Below, one piece after another: positions 7,647-17,506 of a DNA stretch of 43,919 bases. Position 1 is the first letter of the stretch, and every line of letters begins with the position of its first letter. A program made the position numbers and the translations under genes. The DNA is from Candidatus Didemnitutus sp. (GTDB taxonomy: Bacteria; Verrucomicrobiota; Verrucomicrobiia; Opitutales; Opitutaceae), in the NCBI GenBank assembly GCA_030682505.1, contig JAUXOH010000245.1, positions 1-43,919 of the forward strand, read 5' to 3'. The notes beneath the pieces were generated by a model. That model did not search any database and was not told the origin of the DNA. It saw nothing but the letters and a program-made list of their open reading frames with translations.

Positions 7647-9049
7647 CAGCGGATGAGTTTCGGGGTGAGGAAAATCACGAGTTCGGTCCGGCTGGTGAGG
7701 GTCGCCTTGCTGCGGAACGCCCGCCCTACGACCGGCACCGCGCCCAGGATGGGCACGGCCCGCGTGGAATCGCCCGCGTCCTCGGAGATGAGCCCGCCGA
7801 TCATGGCGGTCTCGCCGTCCTTCAGACGGACGATGGTCGAAGCCTGCTTCACCTCCGTGAGCGGTGCCGTCTGCTTGCCGTCCGGGCTCGTCACAATCGC
7901 CTGCAACCGGGTGATGGCCGGCAGCACATCGAGCGTGATGACGCCGTTGGCGTCGATCTGCGGCGTCACCGCGAGGATGGTGCCGATGGTGATGGTCGAA
8001 ACCGAAAAGCTTTCCTGCGTTTGGTTCACCGGCACGGTGCTCCCGCCCGATTGGAAGGTCGTGGATTGCTGCAGGCGGAAGAACGGCCGGTCCTCGCCCA
8101 CCTTGATAAAAGCGGTCTGGTTGTTCAGCGTCCTCAGCCTCGGCTGCGCCACGGTCTTCACCTGACCCTGCTGCTGGAGGGCGTGGATGACCGCGGTGGC
8201 CCGGCCGAAGCCGAGGTTCGCCGCGAACGTGTTGGCCGCAAGCAGCGTGCCGCCCACGCCGGCGACCTGGAGGGGGGCACTGGCGTCGACCTGCACACTC
8301 CCCGCCGTGGTGGCGGCCAGGTCCCAATCGACGCCGAGCTTTCGCTCGTTGTGTAGCGTCACCTCAACTATGCGGGCTTCGATCTCGACCTGCTGGGTGA
8401 TACGCCGGTTCACGAGTTCGATGAAGGCGCGGATCGTCTCCTGCCTCCGCACGGGTGCCGTCACCTGTGCGACGCCCGAGAACTTGTTCACGACCAGGCT
8501 GTCGCCGTCCTTAAGCATGGTGCGCAATTCGGCCTCCAGCCCCGTCCAGAAAGTGTTTTGGTTCTCCTGCGAAATCGAAACCTGGGTGGCGTCTGAACCA
8601 GGCTGGCTCTGGCCGGTGCCGCCCAGCGTCTGCGGCAGCGATTGCGTCTGGCCGTTCTGATTGTAGCCGCCGCCGTTGTTGGCCCCGCCCAGCGTGATCG
8701 AGGCACTGCCCGAACCGCTGCGCGTCAGTTGCGGGTAGTCGATGGCGTAAAGGATGGTCCGCCGAAAACGCACCGCGATGCCGTCCGGGGTCTCCTCGAA
8801 ATAATACCCGCCAGGCTCGGTGAGCGCGGTCAGCGCGGAGCGCAAGGTCCCGTGGTTGACCTCGGCCGTCACCTCGCCGGTCACTTCGGGATCGAGCAGG
8901 ATGTTTGCCTGACAGGCGCGGGCTAGCGAACGGAGGGCGGCCGGCAACGGCGCTTTCTCCAGGCGAAGGTTGTCAACGGGGCGGTCGAAGAGCGCGGGCT
9001 CGACGGCGAGCGCCACGGTAGCAGAGAGAAGAAAGAGAATGAATTTCAT
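7646..9049 (-). CDS. Outer-membrane secretin (MshL/PilQ/GspD-like; 467 aa)
   Basis: Signal peptide, QVEIEARIVEV, LGVDW, PRLRTLNNQTAFIKVG, VRLKDGETAMIGGLI, VPILGAVPVVGRAF, ELVIFLTPK. The YAIDYPQLTRSG segment plus Ser/Gly insert resembles MshL. Start reset to 9049. Confidence 0.92.
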   Translation of the reverse strand: MKFILFLLSATVALAVEPALFDRPVDNLRLEKAPLPAALRSLARACQANILLDPEVTGEVTAEVNHGTLRSALTALTEPGGYYFEETPDGIAVRFRRTILYAIDYPQLTRSGSGSASITLGGANNGGGYNQNGQTQSLPQTLGGTGQSQPGSDATQVSISQENQNTFWTGLEAELRTMLKDGDSLVVNKFSGVAQVTAPVRRQETIRAFIELVNRRITQQVEIEARIVEVTLHNERKLGVDWDLAATTAGSVQVDASAPLQVAGVGGTLLAANTFAANLGFGRATAVIHALQQQGQVKTVAQPRLRTLNNQTAFIKVGEDRPFFRLQQSTTFQSGGSTVPVNQTQESFSVSTITIGTILAVTPQIDANGVITLDVLPAITRLQAIVTSPDGKQTAPLTEVKQASTIVRLKDGETAMIGGLISEDAGDSTRAVPILGAVPVVGRAFRSKATLTSRTELVIFLTPKLIR

Positions 9050-10911
9050 GGGTTGGGCTGGATGACGTAGGGGATGGATTCCGGCGTGCGACCGGTCTGG
9101 AGGAAGGTGCGGCCGGTCGCGCGGTAGCGGAGAACGGCGGGAGCCGCCGCGTTGAAGGTCCGGGTGACCGGAGCAGCCGGGAGGTAGGTGCCATCGCCGG
9201 GCTGCGTCGCCTGGACGCTGACGGCTCCCGGTCCGGTCAGGGTCAGCACACCGCCCGAGTAGGTCGCCGGCCCGGTGACGGTCAGCGTTACCGGCAACCC
9301 GGAGGTGGTCGTGACCATGAGCGGAAAACTCGCGCCCACGCTCTGGTCGCCGATGGCCGGGAAGGAAATAGTCTGGACCGTCTTGGACTCGAACACCGCT
9401 TGGACGGACAGGGGTCGGGTGATGGTCAGAGCAATGGATGGTGCGCTGCCGCTGGCATCGCCGGCCCAGCCGACAAACCGGTGGGTGGCGTCGGCCGCCG
9501 CCGAGATGGTTACAGTCGTGCCGTAGGGATAGTTGCCGCCGGGCGTTACGGCACCTCCGCCGCTGGCATTCGTAGTCAGCGAAAAGCTCTTCGGCGAGAA
9601 ATTCGCCTGCACGGTCTTCGCCCGGTCCATGAGGACGGCGAGCGGATTGGACGTTCCGCCGGCATCGCCGCTCCAACCGGCGAAGTCATGCGCGCCGCCC
9701 GGCGTGGCAGTGACCATGACGGTCGTGCCGGCCGTGTAGGTGCCGCCCGCTGATACCGCACCGCCCGCGCCTCCCGAGGTGACCAGGGCGAACTGGACCG
9801 GCGGCGGCGGAGCGACCGTGATGGCGACTGTGGCCGAGTGATACCACCCGCTGCCGTCAGACGCGGCCGATCTCACATAGTAAGTGCCGACGTCGGTGAA
9901 GGTAAAGCTGGCGGAGCGCGTCGAATCCGCGCCGCTGCCCACGGGACCGCCTTGATAGGGTTCGCCGGTCGCAAATCCGCCCTGGTAATTCCAGTCGCCG
10001 GCCGGGCGCTGGATGTCGAGATTGTGGTTCGAAATATTGCCGTCGAGATCGGTGGCCCGACTACTGATCATAAGGGTGGTTCCGGCAGTGATCGTCTGCG
10101 CACCGGGAGCAAGCAGTGTCACCGACGGGGGCTGATTCACCACGGCATTGATCGTGACGGTGTGGGTGATGACCGGGGACGTGGCGCCATCGGCATCCAC
10201 CGCCTGGGCGGTGAACGTGACTGTTTGCGGGCCACCGTCGCTCGTCCAGTTCCCGGAGTCGCCATCCGTGCCGTTGCCGCCGCCGGCAAAGGCGAATGGC
10301 TGTCCGTTTTTCCAAACGTTTACTTGGGCGAGGTTGCCGTCAGCGTCGTTGCCATGGGCGGCAACATAGTAGCCCTCTCCGTTCGCTGCGCTCGTCGGGG
10401 TGCTGCTCCAGGTGATGGTGGGCGGCGACCCTGACGGCCAGCCGTCGAGAAAGGCGGTTTCCGTCCAGACCGTGGTCGCTTGTAGTGGTGACGCCCAAGT
10501 CGTGTATTCAAAGAAGCGCAGGGTATAGGTGCCGGCGGGAACCCCCGTGATGTGCCACTGGGCTTCCAGCTGGCCGTCCGCCGGAGAGCCATCGGCTGCG
10601 TAGATGTTCACCCACGAGACCACGTCGGTCAGATAGCCCAGGCTGGCGAAAGTGCTGACCCCGGTGGTCTGGTAATGACTCGCCGTGACCCGTCCCAGAA
10701 GGTTGCCGCCGGCATCCCGCAGTTCCACTCGTCCTGGGGCGCTTGATTGCGGGTAGTCGTCGCCGAACCAATTGACCATGAAACTTACGGTGTAGCCTCC
10801 GGCCGGAATTGAGACCGTTTGGGTCGTGACGACGAAAATGGTGGTGGGTGGGGCGGCGTTAGCCGTCGCCAGACAAAGACAGGCTAACAGAGCGAGAATG
10901 AGTTTTTTCAT
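9046..10911 (-). CDS. Secreted beta-rich adhesin-like protein with Ig-like domains and two InlB B-repeat-like units (621 aa)
   Basis: Signal peptide MKKLILALLACLCLATANA; two repeats of the form GGxVxxGGxYxxGTTVxxxA...FxGWxGD; C-terminal QTISF...SGLPV Ig-like unit. Start reset to 10911. Confidence 0.8.
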   Translation of the reverse strand: MKKLILALLACLCLATANAAPPTTIFVVTTQTVSIPAGGYTVSFMVNWFGDDYPQSSAPGRVELRDAGGNLLGRVTASHYQTTGVSTFASLGYLTDVVSWVNIYAADGSPADGQLEAQWHITGVPAGTYTLRFFEYTTWASPLQATTVWTETAFLDGWPSGSPPTITWSSTPTSAANGEGYYVAAHGNDADGNLAQVNVWKNGQPFAFAGGGNGTDGDSGNWTSDGGPQTVTFTAQAVDADGATSPVITHTVTINAVVNQPPSVTLLAPGAQTITAGTTLMISSRATDLDGNISNHNLDIQRPAGDWNYQGGFATGEPYQGGPVGSGADSTRSASFTFTDVGTYYVRSAASDGSGWYHSATVAITVAPPPPVQFALVTSGGAGGAVSAGGTYTAGTTVMVTATPGGAHDFAGWSGDAGGTSNPLAVLMDRAKTVQANFSPKSFSLTTNASGGGAVTPGGNYPYGTTVTISAAADATHRFVGWAGDASGSAPSIALTITRPLSVQAVFESKTVQTISFPAIGDQSVGASFPLMVTTTSGLPVTLTVTGPATYSGGVLTLTGPGAVSVQATQPGDGTYLPAAPVTRTFNAAAPAVLRYRATGRTFLQTGRTPESIPYVIQPNP

Positions 10912-11861
10912 TGGAGCGTGATGGTTGGGTTTTCGCGGAGCGTGAATCGAAGTGCTTCGACGCCTGGCCACACGGTGCCGCGGTTGATGAGGACGAGCCG
11001 CCCGCCGAGGATCTCCGGTGAGACGCTCGCCCCGGTGTTGGCCGCCGCACTGAAGGCGTTCGGCGTGTTGTTGAACGAGACGAAGGCCGTCTCGGTCGGG
11101 TGATTGTTGTTCACGCTCACCCGGAACTTCGGGAGCACGATACGTCGGACACACAGCTTGCTCACCTGGGTGATGCCGGCGGAGCCCGCTGACCACGCGG
11201 CCAGCTGCGCGGGTGTCAGCCGTCCCGACCAGTAGGCGGGCGGCGTCGCGGTGCGGCTCTCGAAGTCATTATGCCAGATGGCATCGAACCAAGCGGCGCT
11301 ACTTTCGTAAGCGGGCAGCACGAGCTGGTCATTGCGCGCCATGAGGCTCACGAGCAGGAATCGCTGGCGCCCGGCCTCGACCGGGCCGGCGATCAGAAGC
11401 CGCGGATTGCCCAGACTGTTGAACGCGATCCGAGCCAGTTCCGGCTGCACGGCCGGCGTTGGGGCCGCACCGATTTGCGGCGTGATGCCGCGCGAGCGTG
11501 CCAGCTTCGCAAACCAATCGGTATTTCCGGTGGTCGCATATGCGCCGCTGGTGGACGTGGCGAACACCGTGGCAGTGTCCCCCGGACCAATTGTCCCTGG
11601 CAGGGCCGCCAGGTTCAGGTTGGTCAGGTCGGTCTGCTCGAACGAGGCCGTGATGTTAGCGGTCAGTTCATCCAACGTCTTGGCTTCCGCGTCACGCCGG
11701 CCGCGCTCGACTATATCCCGCACGGAAGGTGCGAGCGCGGCGGCGAGAAGGCCGAGAACGAACAGGACCAGCACGACCTCGAGGAGGGAGAAGCCGCGGA
11801 TCACTTTGCGCCAGTGATCGCGCAGGAGCCGGTTACGGTAGAGAAAAGGATAAAGGACCAT
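10908..11861 (-). CDS. Large minor pilin/pseudopilin (317 aa)
   Basis: Prepilin motif KVIRG/FSLLEVVLVLFVLGLLAAALAP. Confidence 0.85.
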   Translation of the reverse strand: MVLYPFLYRNRLLRDHWRKVIRGFSLLEVVLVLFVLGLLAAALAPSVRDIVERGRRDAEAKTLDELTANITASFEQTDLTNLNLAALPGTIGPGDTATVFATSTSGAYATTGNTDWFAKLARSRGITPQIGAAPTPAVQPELARIAFNSLGNPRLLIAGPVEAGRQRFLLVSLMARNDQLVLPAYESSAAWFDAIWHNDFESRTATPPAYWSGRLTPAQLAAWSAGSAGITQVSKLCVRRIVLPKFRVSVNNNHPTETAFVSFNNTPNAFSAAANTGASVSPEILGGRLVLINRGTVWPGVEALRFTLRENPTITLQ

Positions 11862-11864
11862 AAG

Positions 11865-13067
11865 TCAGGGGTGGTTGGCTCCGCCGAGGAGCGAGAAAAT
11901 CGGGAGGAAGAAACTGAGCGCGATGCCGCCCACGATGGCCGTGAGCGTGGCGAGTAGCAGCGGCTCCAGGAGAGCCAGTGCGGTGGCCAGCCGCTCGCGG
12001 GCGCGCCCGCCCGCGTAGTCCTCGATGTGATGCAGGGCGGCCCCAAGCTGCCCGGTGGTTTCCCCGGCCTTGAGGGCCGGCACGATCCAGCCCGGAAACG
12101 AATGCTTCCTGGGGAGCGAGGCATAGAGCGGTTTGCCGGTAGCCACCGCCTCGCGGGCGATGAGCAACTGCCGCGACAGAACGGCGTGGTTCGCCAGCTC
12201 GGCGCCGGTCGCAAGGGCTTCCAGCATGGGGATGCCGGCCTCGTGCAGCAGCCGGCAATGGGCCGCAAACCGGGCGGTCGCGATGCACCGGATGGTTTCA
12301 CCGAGGATCGGCACCCAGAGGAGGGCCGCATCGCGCAGGTAGCGCAGGCGCGGCGTCCGGGCCGCGAGCCAGAGCCCGAGGCCGATGGCGACCAGGCTCC
12401 CAACAATGGCAGGCCAGCCGTGGCGCACGACTTCGCTCGTGCGGATAAGTGCCACGGTCAGGCCGGGCAGCGGAAGATGCAGCGACTCGAAGATTGCCGC
12501 GAATTGCGGGACGATGCCCCCGAGCATGAAGACGACCAGGCCGACCGTGGCGGTGAGCACGATGCCCGGATAGAGCAGTGCCCGCCGGGCGGTCCGCTTC
12601 AGTTCGGCGGCACTGGACAGGTTAGCCGCCAGCGATTTGAGCGACTCGGGCAACCGGGCTGATGACTCGCCCGCGGCGATCACCGCCGCCATATGCGGCG
12701 GAAACTGCCGCGAGAAGAAGCGGCATGCGACATGGATGGGGATGCCTTGGGCGATCTCCCCATGAATCCGCTCCAGCATGGTGCGGAGCGCCCCGGCGGG
12801 GGCGTCCTCCGCTAGCTGGACCAAGGCGGTGTCAGCCGTCACCCCCGCGCGCAGTTGCAGTTCGAGCTGGTGAAGGAACGCGAGGAATTCTGGCAGCGGC
12901 ACCGTCAGGCGCGCCAGCTTCGCGCCGGAGCGGACCGTCCGGACCTTCAACGGCCAAAGCCTCTGGGCGCGGACGCGTTTGAGCACCGCCGGTTCGTCCG
13001 CGGCGGACTCGCGCAGGGACCGGCGGCGGCCGGTCGCGTCAATGGCGGTGATGGCAAATTCCGGCAT
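11865..13067 (-). CDS. gspF: PilC/GspF inner-membrane platform protein
   Basis: Two T2SSF repeats (AGESSARL / AGETTGQL), ALLYP, VPQFAAIF, LLEPLL, SFFLPIF. Confidence 0.93.
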   Translation of the reverse strand: MPEFAITAIDATGRRRSLRESAADEPAVLKRVRAQRLWPLKVRTVRSGAKLARLTVPLPEFLAFLHQLELQLRAGVTADTALVQLAEDAPAGALRTMLERIHGEIAQGIPIHVACRFFSRQFPPHMAAVIAAGESSARLPESLKSLAANLSSAAELKRTARRALLYPGIVLTATVGLVVFMLGGIVPQFAAIFESLHLPLPGLTVALIRTSEVVRHGWPAIVGSLVAIGLGLWLAARTPRLRYLRDAALLWVPILGETIRCIATARFAAHCRLLHEAGIPMLEALATGAELANHAVLSRQLLIAREAVATGKPLYASLPRKHSFPGWIVPALKAGETTGQLGAALHHIEDYAGGRARERLATALALLEPLLLATLTAIVGGIALSFFLPIFSLLGGANHP

Positions 13068-13070
13068 GGC

Positions 13071-13751
13071 TCAGAGGGTTACTTTCACCCGGGTGGGCTC
13101 GGGAGATACCGGGAGCCGCAGCCGGTGGGCACCGAAGCGAACAATGACCGCACCGGCCTCGATGCGCTCGACCTCGAATCCCTCGAATGTGTCGCCGGCC
13201 TGCACGAGCCGTTCGTTCACCACCGCGCAGGGGGCCTTGCCCAGGATGATGCCGCCGACCAGGAGCGTCACCTCGCGGGTCTTTTCACCGGGTGCGGTCC
13301 GCACGGCGAAGGGATTAACCGGCTCGTTGGCGTTGCCCGCCTGCTCGATGGCAGCGAGATCAATGACGCCTTCGGCGTTGGGTGCGATGGCGGGCTCAGC
13401 CTTTACCGCCACGGGAACAGGCACCGGGACCGGAACAAGGGGCGATGATGGAACCGCGACGGCAACGGGTTCAGAAACGGAAGGCGTCGCGACCGGCGCG
13501 GATTGCAGGTTCGTCAGACGGGCCGTGAGCGCTTCGTTTTGGTTGATGAGCGCCTCGATCAGTTGAGCCTGCTGGCGGCTTCGCGGGTCCGGCATGGCGT
13601 TGGCGGGGCGCGCCGGCGGCGGGGAAGCGACAGGGGGAACCGCCTGCAGGCGGACCGGGACGGGCGGCGGCGGGGCGGGCAGCGTCGCCACGGGTGCCGG
13701 CGTGCGGCAGCCACAGAGCGCGAGGAGCACGAGCGTAAGAAGTGGTTTCAT
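13071..13751 (-). CDS. Lipoprotein with a C-terminal PilP/GspC/MshK-like beta domain
   Basis: Lipobox LALCGC, Pro-rich linker, NPF motif, AVVNERLVQAGDTFEGFEVERIE. Confidence 0.65.
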   Translation of the reverse strand: MKPLLTLVLLALCGCRTPAPVATLPAPPPPVPVRLQAVPPVASPPPARPANAMPDPRSRQQAQLIEALINQNEALTARLTNLQSAPVATPSVSEPVAVAVPSSPLVPVPVPVPVAVKAEPAIAPNAEGVIDLAAIEQAGNANEPVNPFAVRTAPGEKTREVTLLVGGIILGKAPCAVVNERLVQAGDTFEGFEVERIEAGAVIVRFGAHRLRLPVSPEPTRVKVTL

Positions 13752-14731
13752 GGGCGTGCGGGGGTGACGGCCAGCCGGCGGGCTTGGCCCAAGTCGAGGG
13801 TTTGGGTGACGTAGAGATAGAAGGGTTTGCCCGCGGGAACCCGCAGGTAGAGGCCGTCACGGGCGATGGTTTCGCGGATGGATTGCGCATACTCGCGGAG
13901 CACGGCGCTCGTGCCAGTGAGGGCCGCGTTGCGGGCGGTCGCAGTCGGCAGCGACGCCTCACCCAGCAGTCCGGTGGACAGACGGGTGTCTTGTAGGGCG
14001 GCGGTCGCTGCGCTGAGAAAGGTGGCGGCGAACAGTTTAAGTTCGCGGTCGTTGTCGGTCTTGACGACCTGACCGCGGAGCCCGGCCGAGCCGTCGTTCG
14101 GTCCCCATTCGCCGGTGGGCAACAGTTCGCGGTCGAGCGCCAGGCCGTCCACGGACAGCTCCGTGCCGTTGTCGGCATCGGGTGTGCGCCACACGATTTT
14201 CCAAGGGCCAGGCACCGCCAGCCGTTCGCGGGTGCGGTCGAGCGCGGCCCGGGCATGGACTTCCGCTCCCGCCGGGATGACGAGGCGGCCGTCATGCCAA
14301 ACATCCTCCGTGACGAGACCGATGACCGGCGTCTCCAGCCGGTTTGATTCGAGGGCCACGATCGTCTGGCAGGGAATCAACCGCCCGAACGGTGCCGACG
14401 GGGCGCGCAGTGCGGCCGGAGGCGGTTCTGGTGGACCGGAGAACAGGACCAGTGGAAGCGCGGTGGGTTTTTCAGTCGATGCCGGGGCTGTCACTGCGGT
14501 GGGCGCGGAAGCGGCGATTGCGCCGGTCGCGGCTGGCACCGGGGCTTTGAAGCGCGCTCCTTCCCGCGTTAGTGTCTTGGGCAGGACGACTGTGGGCGTG
14601 GATTTCGCCGCCGGCAGCGGTGCGGGGGTGCGCTTGGCGTTCTGCCAGCGCACGGCGAGGATGCCGAGCATGAGCACCGCGACGACGAGCACGACCTGGC
14701 CGGTGGGGGAAGTGAAGAAGTCGCGGTTCAT
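13748..14731 (-). CDS. virB10: VirB10/TrbI-like T4SS core protein
   Basis: N-terminal TM, Pro/Ala linker, GRLIPCQTIVALES, PVIGLVTEDVW, VIPAGAEV, DGSAGLRG, YLRVPAGKPFYLYV. Confidence 0.85.
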   Translation of the reverse strand: MNRDFFTSPTGQVVLVVAVLMLGILAVRWQNAKRTPAPLPAAKSTPTVVLPKTLTREGARFKAPVPAATGAIAASAPTAVTAPASTEKPTALPLVLFSGPPEPPPAALRAPSAPFGRLIPCQTIVALESNRLETPVIGLVTEDVWHDGRLVIPAGAEVHARAALDRTRERLAVPGPWKIVWRTPDADNGTELSVDGLALDRELLPTGEWGPNDGSAGLRGQVVKTDNDRELKLFAATFLSAATAALQDTRLSTGLLGEASLPTATARNAALTGTSAVLREYAQSIRETIARDGLYLRVPAGKPFYLYVTQTLDLGQARRLAVTPARP

Positions 14732-15537
14732 GGGTGCGGCACGATGACGTTGAAATTCTCCCGCACGGACAGATTGGCGCGCCCGCGTCCCGGGCTTCCG
14801 CTGATCACGAGATGAATCCGCGTGGTGATCTTGGGTGGGATCGCCCCGGAGGCGTCGGCTAGGGCGGCGGGGTAAACCTCGTGGCCGACCCGCACGGCGA
14901 GCGCCTGCGGATCGTAGGGCACCGGCACGTCGAGGGTGTTTTCCAACCGGACGCGGAGCACGACCACGTCCTCGGCATCAAACCGCACGACTTCCTCGAC
15001 CGTCGCGCTGAAGGCCCGGTAGTGGGTGACGTTGCCGGGCTGCGCCCGGTCAATCCGGGCGATCATCTCGGGATATAGGCTTTGCAGCCGGTCCAGTTGC
15101 TTCGCCCGCTCCAGCAGCCCTCGCAGCGCCTCGGGGGTCGGTGGCTCGTAGGCGCCCCCCACCAGCGGTTCGTTCAGGAACACCACGGCCTGGTCGGCGC
15201 TCTCTCCGGTGGCAAATGCCAGAGCATAGACCCGGCCTTGGTGGATCACATTCAAGGCGCCGGTCGCATCGTCCTTCAGCGCGCGGAGAGAAAAATATTC
15301 CGTGCCCGGTTCGTGCGACATCAGGATGCCGGGGGCATCGTCCACCTTGGTCGAGACATTCGCGCCCACCAGCGCCTTGATCGCCCCGGGGAAAACGCAG
15401 GTGGTCGGCTCGCCCTTCGACAGCCGGATCGAATAGACGCTGCGCTCGTCGAGCGGATACGTCCGAATCTGCGAGGCTTCGACCCCCGCGACCAGCAGCG
15501 CCTGCACCATGATCATTGCGACGATTCGTAGGTCCAT
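14728..15537 (-). CDS. VirB9/TrbG-like T4SS outer-membrane core protein
   Basis: Signal peptide, VYSIRLSKGEPTTCVFP, and position between VirB8 and VirB10. Start is 15537 or 15516. Confidence 0.65.
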   Translation of the reverse strand: MDLRIVAMIMVQALLVAGVEASQIRTYPLDERSVYSIRLSKGEPTTCVFPGAIKALVGANVSTKVDDAPGILMSHEPGTEYFSLRALKDDATGALNVIHQGRVYALAFATGESADQAVVFLNEPLVGGAYEPPTPEALRGLLERAKQLDRLQSLYPEMIARIDRAQPGNVTHYRAFSATVEEVVRFDAEDVVVLRVRLENTLDVPVPYDPQALAVRVGHEVYPAALADASGAIPPKITTRIHLVISGSPGRGRANLSVRENFNVIVPHP

Positions 15538-16169
15538 ACAGCCAAGGGAAAGCGGCCGTTGCCGGCCAGGTTGGGGTTGCGCGCGAAGGTCAATCGCACG
15601 GTGAAGGCCGGGGCCTCCGTGAATGTCTGGTCGTTGACGACGCCGGTGCGGATCAACTGCCCCTCGGCCTGCACAAGCACGGACTGCTCGCGGGTTTCGA
15701 GGACGGTCAGCTTCAATATCTCCGGCTTTTGATGGAGCGATTTGGCCGCAAACTCCTCGGCGTCCGCCGCCGTCCGTTCGCGCGCCTTTCTGGCCGCCTC
15801 CGGGAGGAACAGCTTGTCGAGCAGTTCGGGATAGTCGAAGCCCGCTGGGTTGCGCTGGAACAGGGCGAGACACGCCAGGAGCGCGTGCTGTTCATGCAGC
15901 TTCGCCGCCTCCTCGAAGCCGAGGAGTGGGCTCGAGTAGAACGTCCCAGCCGCATCAAGCACGACGACACGCTCTTTCGTCCGGTAGGCGCGGATAATAA
16001 GGAAAGGCTGCACCGCGCAGAACCCGACGGCGATCAGGGCGACGAGGCACCACAGCCGCGCCGCCAGCGCATGGTCGGCAAACAGTTCGAGCGGCCGCCA
16101 AGCCCGGCGCGGGCGCTGTTCCGGGGTGGGCCGCACGTGCGGCACGGGGGATTCGCGGAGAGTCGTCAT
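15513..16169 (-). CDS. VirB8/TrbF-like T4SS protein
   Basis: Single N-terminal TM, VVVLDAAG, NTF2-like C-terminus ending RNPNLAGNGRFPLAVWTY. Confidence 0.7.
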   Translation of the reverse strand: MTTLRESPVPHVRPTPEQRPRRAWRPLELFADHALAARLWCLVALIAVGFCAVQPFLIIRAYRTKERVVVLDAAGTFYSSPLLGFEEAAKLHEQHALLACLALFQRNPAGFDYPELLDKLFLPEAARKARERTAADAEEFAAKSLHQKPEILKLTVLETREQSVLVQAEGQLIRTGVVNDQTFTEAPAFTVRLTFARNPNLAGNGRFPLAVWTYESSQ

Positions 16170-16172
16170 GGG

Positions 16173-17231
16173 TCAAATGCTCCTTTGCGCCGCAGGCAAG
16201 GTTAGGGAGGAGATGGCGGCTGCGGCGGCCTGGTCTCCGGCGGGGTCGGTGTTCGGTGCGGGCGCGGACGGTGCCTGGGCCGGCGGCGGTGTAGCCGGTG
16301 GCGGTGGCGGCGGCAGGCCCGGTCCGCCGGCGGTCCCCGAGGCGCCCCCGGTCTTCGCCGCGGAGGCCGCCAGAGCCGGAGCGGCGAGACCGGCCGTCTT
16401 CATCGTTTTCACCATGTAGGTGAGCTGCTGGAGCGCGTAGAGCTGGTGCAGTGCCGTGCTTCCGCCTCCGGACATCGGCGAACCCGAGCAGATGAGGCCC
16501 TGCATGAGAAAGGGCGTCGCGATGCTCCCGATGATGAGCCACAGCGCGCCGACCAGCCCGCCGAGCAGGCTCCCGAAGGAGGCGGCGTCGATTTCTCCCG
16601 GCGTCAGGTCGTAGGCGACGGCGAGGTTATTCGCGTAACCGGTGATCAGGTGGTAGGCGACGAGTTCCGTCACCGCGAACCCGACCGGCCAGGCCAGGAT
16701 GGCCACGGTCTGTTGCACATAGCGGGTCGCGAGCTGCGCCTGCGAGGGAATCATATAAAACGCGAGGGCGACCGGCAGGAACAGGTAGCACAGGAGCTTT
16801 AAGACGAATTGTAGGATGAGGAGCGGCACTTGCAGCAGGCTCGCGATCAAGACGACCAACTTCACCGACCCGTCGAGAAACGCTCGGTAGAGTGATTCGC
16901 CGATCCGCCGCAGGCTGAATTCGCTGTTGCTGGTGACCGTCTCGCGCAGCTTGGAGGCCGCGCGCATTGGGTGTTGCGTGTAGCCGTCCTGCACGGTGTC
17001 CGCCACGCTGAGAAACACCCGCTCGGTGAAACCGAACCAGTGGGGCAAGGTCGCCACAAGTCCGACGACAATCGCGGCCCGCACGAGCGGCCGGGTGAGC
17101 CCTTCGGTGTCCGCCCGCGCTTGCTGGATCTGGATCACCAGTCCGGCGACGCACACGAAATACACCACCACCCGCAACGCGTCGGTGAGGGAGAGGACGC
17201 CCTCGCGCAGTCCTGGAGCGAAGTTTTCCAT
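16173..17231 (-). CDS. virB6: VirB6/TrbL-like polytopic membrane protein (352 aa)
   Basis: Multiple TM helices, FLPVALAFYMIP, ILAWP, and an Ala/Gly/Pro-rich tail. Start reset to 17231. Confidence 0.75.
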   Translation of the reverse strand: MENFAPGLREGVLSLTDALRVVVYFVCVAGLVIQIQQARADTEGLTRPLVRAAIVVGLVATLPHWFGFTERVFLSVADTVQDGYTQHPMRAASKLRETVTSNSEFSLRRIGESLYRAFLDGSVKLVVLIASLLQVPLLILQFVLKLLCYLFLPVALAFYMIPSQAQLATRYVQQTVAILAWPVGFAVTELVAYHLITGYANNLAVAYDLTPGEIDAASFGSLLGGLVGALWLIIGSIATPFLMQGLICSGSPMSGGGSTALHQLYALQQLTYMVKTMKTAGLAAPALAASAAKTGGASGTAGGPGLPPPPPPATPPPAQAPSAPAPNTDPAGDQAAAAAISSLTLPAAQRSI

Positions 17232-17506
17232 CAGTTGCGTCCCTCCTGCGGTCGTTGCCGGATTTCCTCTTGGCGGAGCTTTTTCAGCAGCCGCCGCATC
17301 GGTTCCGATGGGTAGTCGGTCCGGGTATCGACCTTGATTTCTCCCTGCCAGCGGTCGACGGGCGCGACGTTCCGGCGAGGCGGTGCAGGCAAGTCCGACG
17401 TGTCGGGCAGCAAAGGTGCCGTGCGGCAGGCGTGTCGGAGAACCAGCAGACCGCACACGGTCAGACCGGCAAATGCAATGAGAAGATAGGCCGTCATGCG
17501 CTTCAT
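17231..17506 (-). CDS. Small membrane-anchored protein, candidate entry-exclusion factor
   Basis: 91 aa with an N-terminal hydrophobic segment, coupled on both sides between virB5 and virB6, where trbK/eex sit in IncP/W/N systems. Function is positional inference. Confidence 0.5.
   Translation of the reverse strand: MKRMTAYLLIAFAGLTVCGLLVLRHACRTAPLLPDTSDLPAPPRRNVAPVDRWQGEIKVDTRTDYPSEPMRRLLKKLRQEEIRQRPQEGRN

Noticed and set aside
9046-11861. Shufflon-type adhesin variation as in R64 pilV
   Set aside because: No inverted cassettes, repeated crossover sites or adjacent tyrosine invertase seen.
3756-13751. Canonical chromosomal type II secretion system
   Set aside because: Only two prepilin-like genes rather than a GspG-K set, an MshL-like secretin, and coupling to virB10. 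A secretion role is not excluded, but a standard T2SS call is unsupported.
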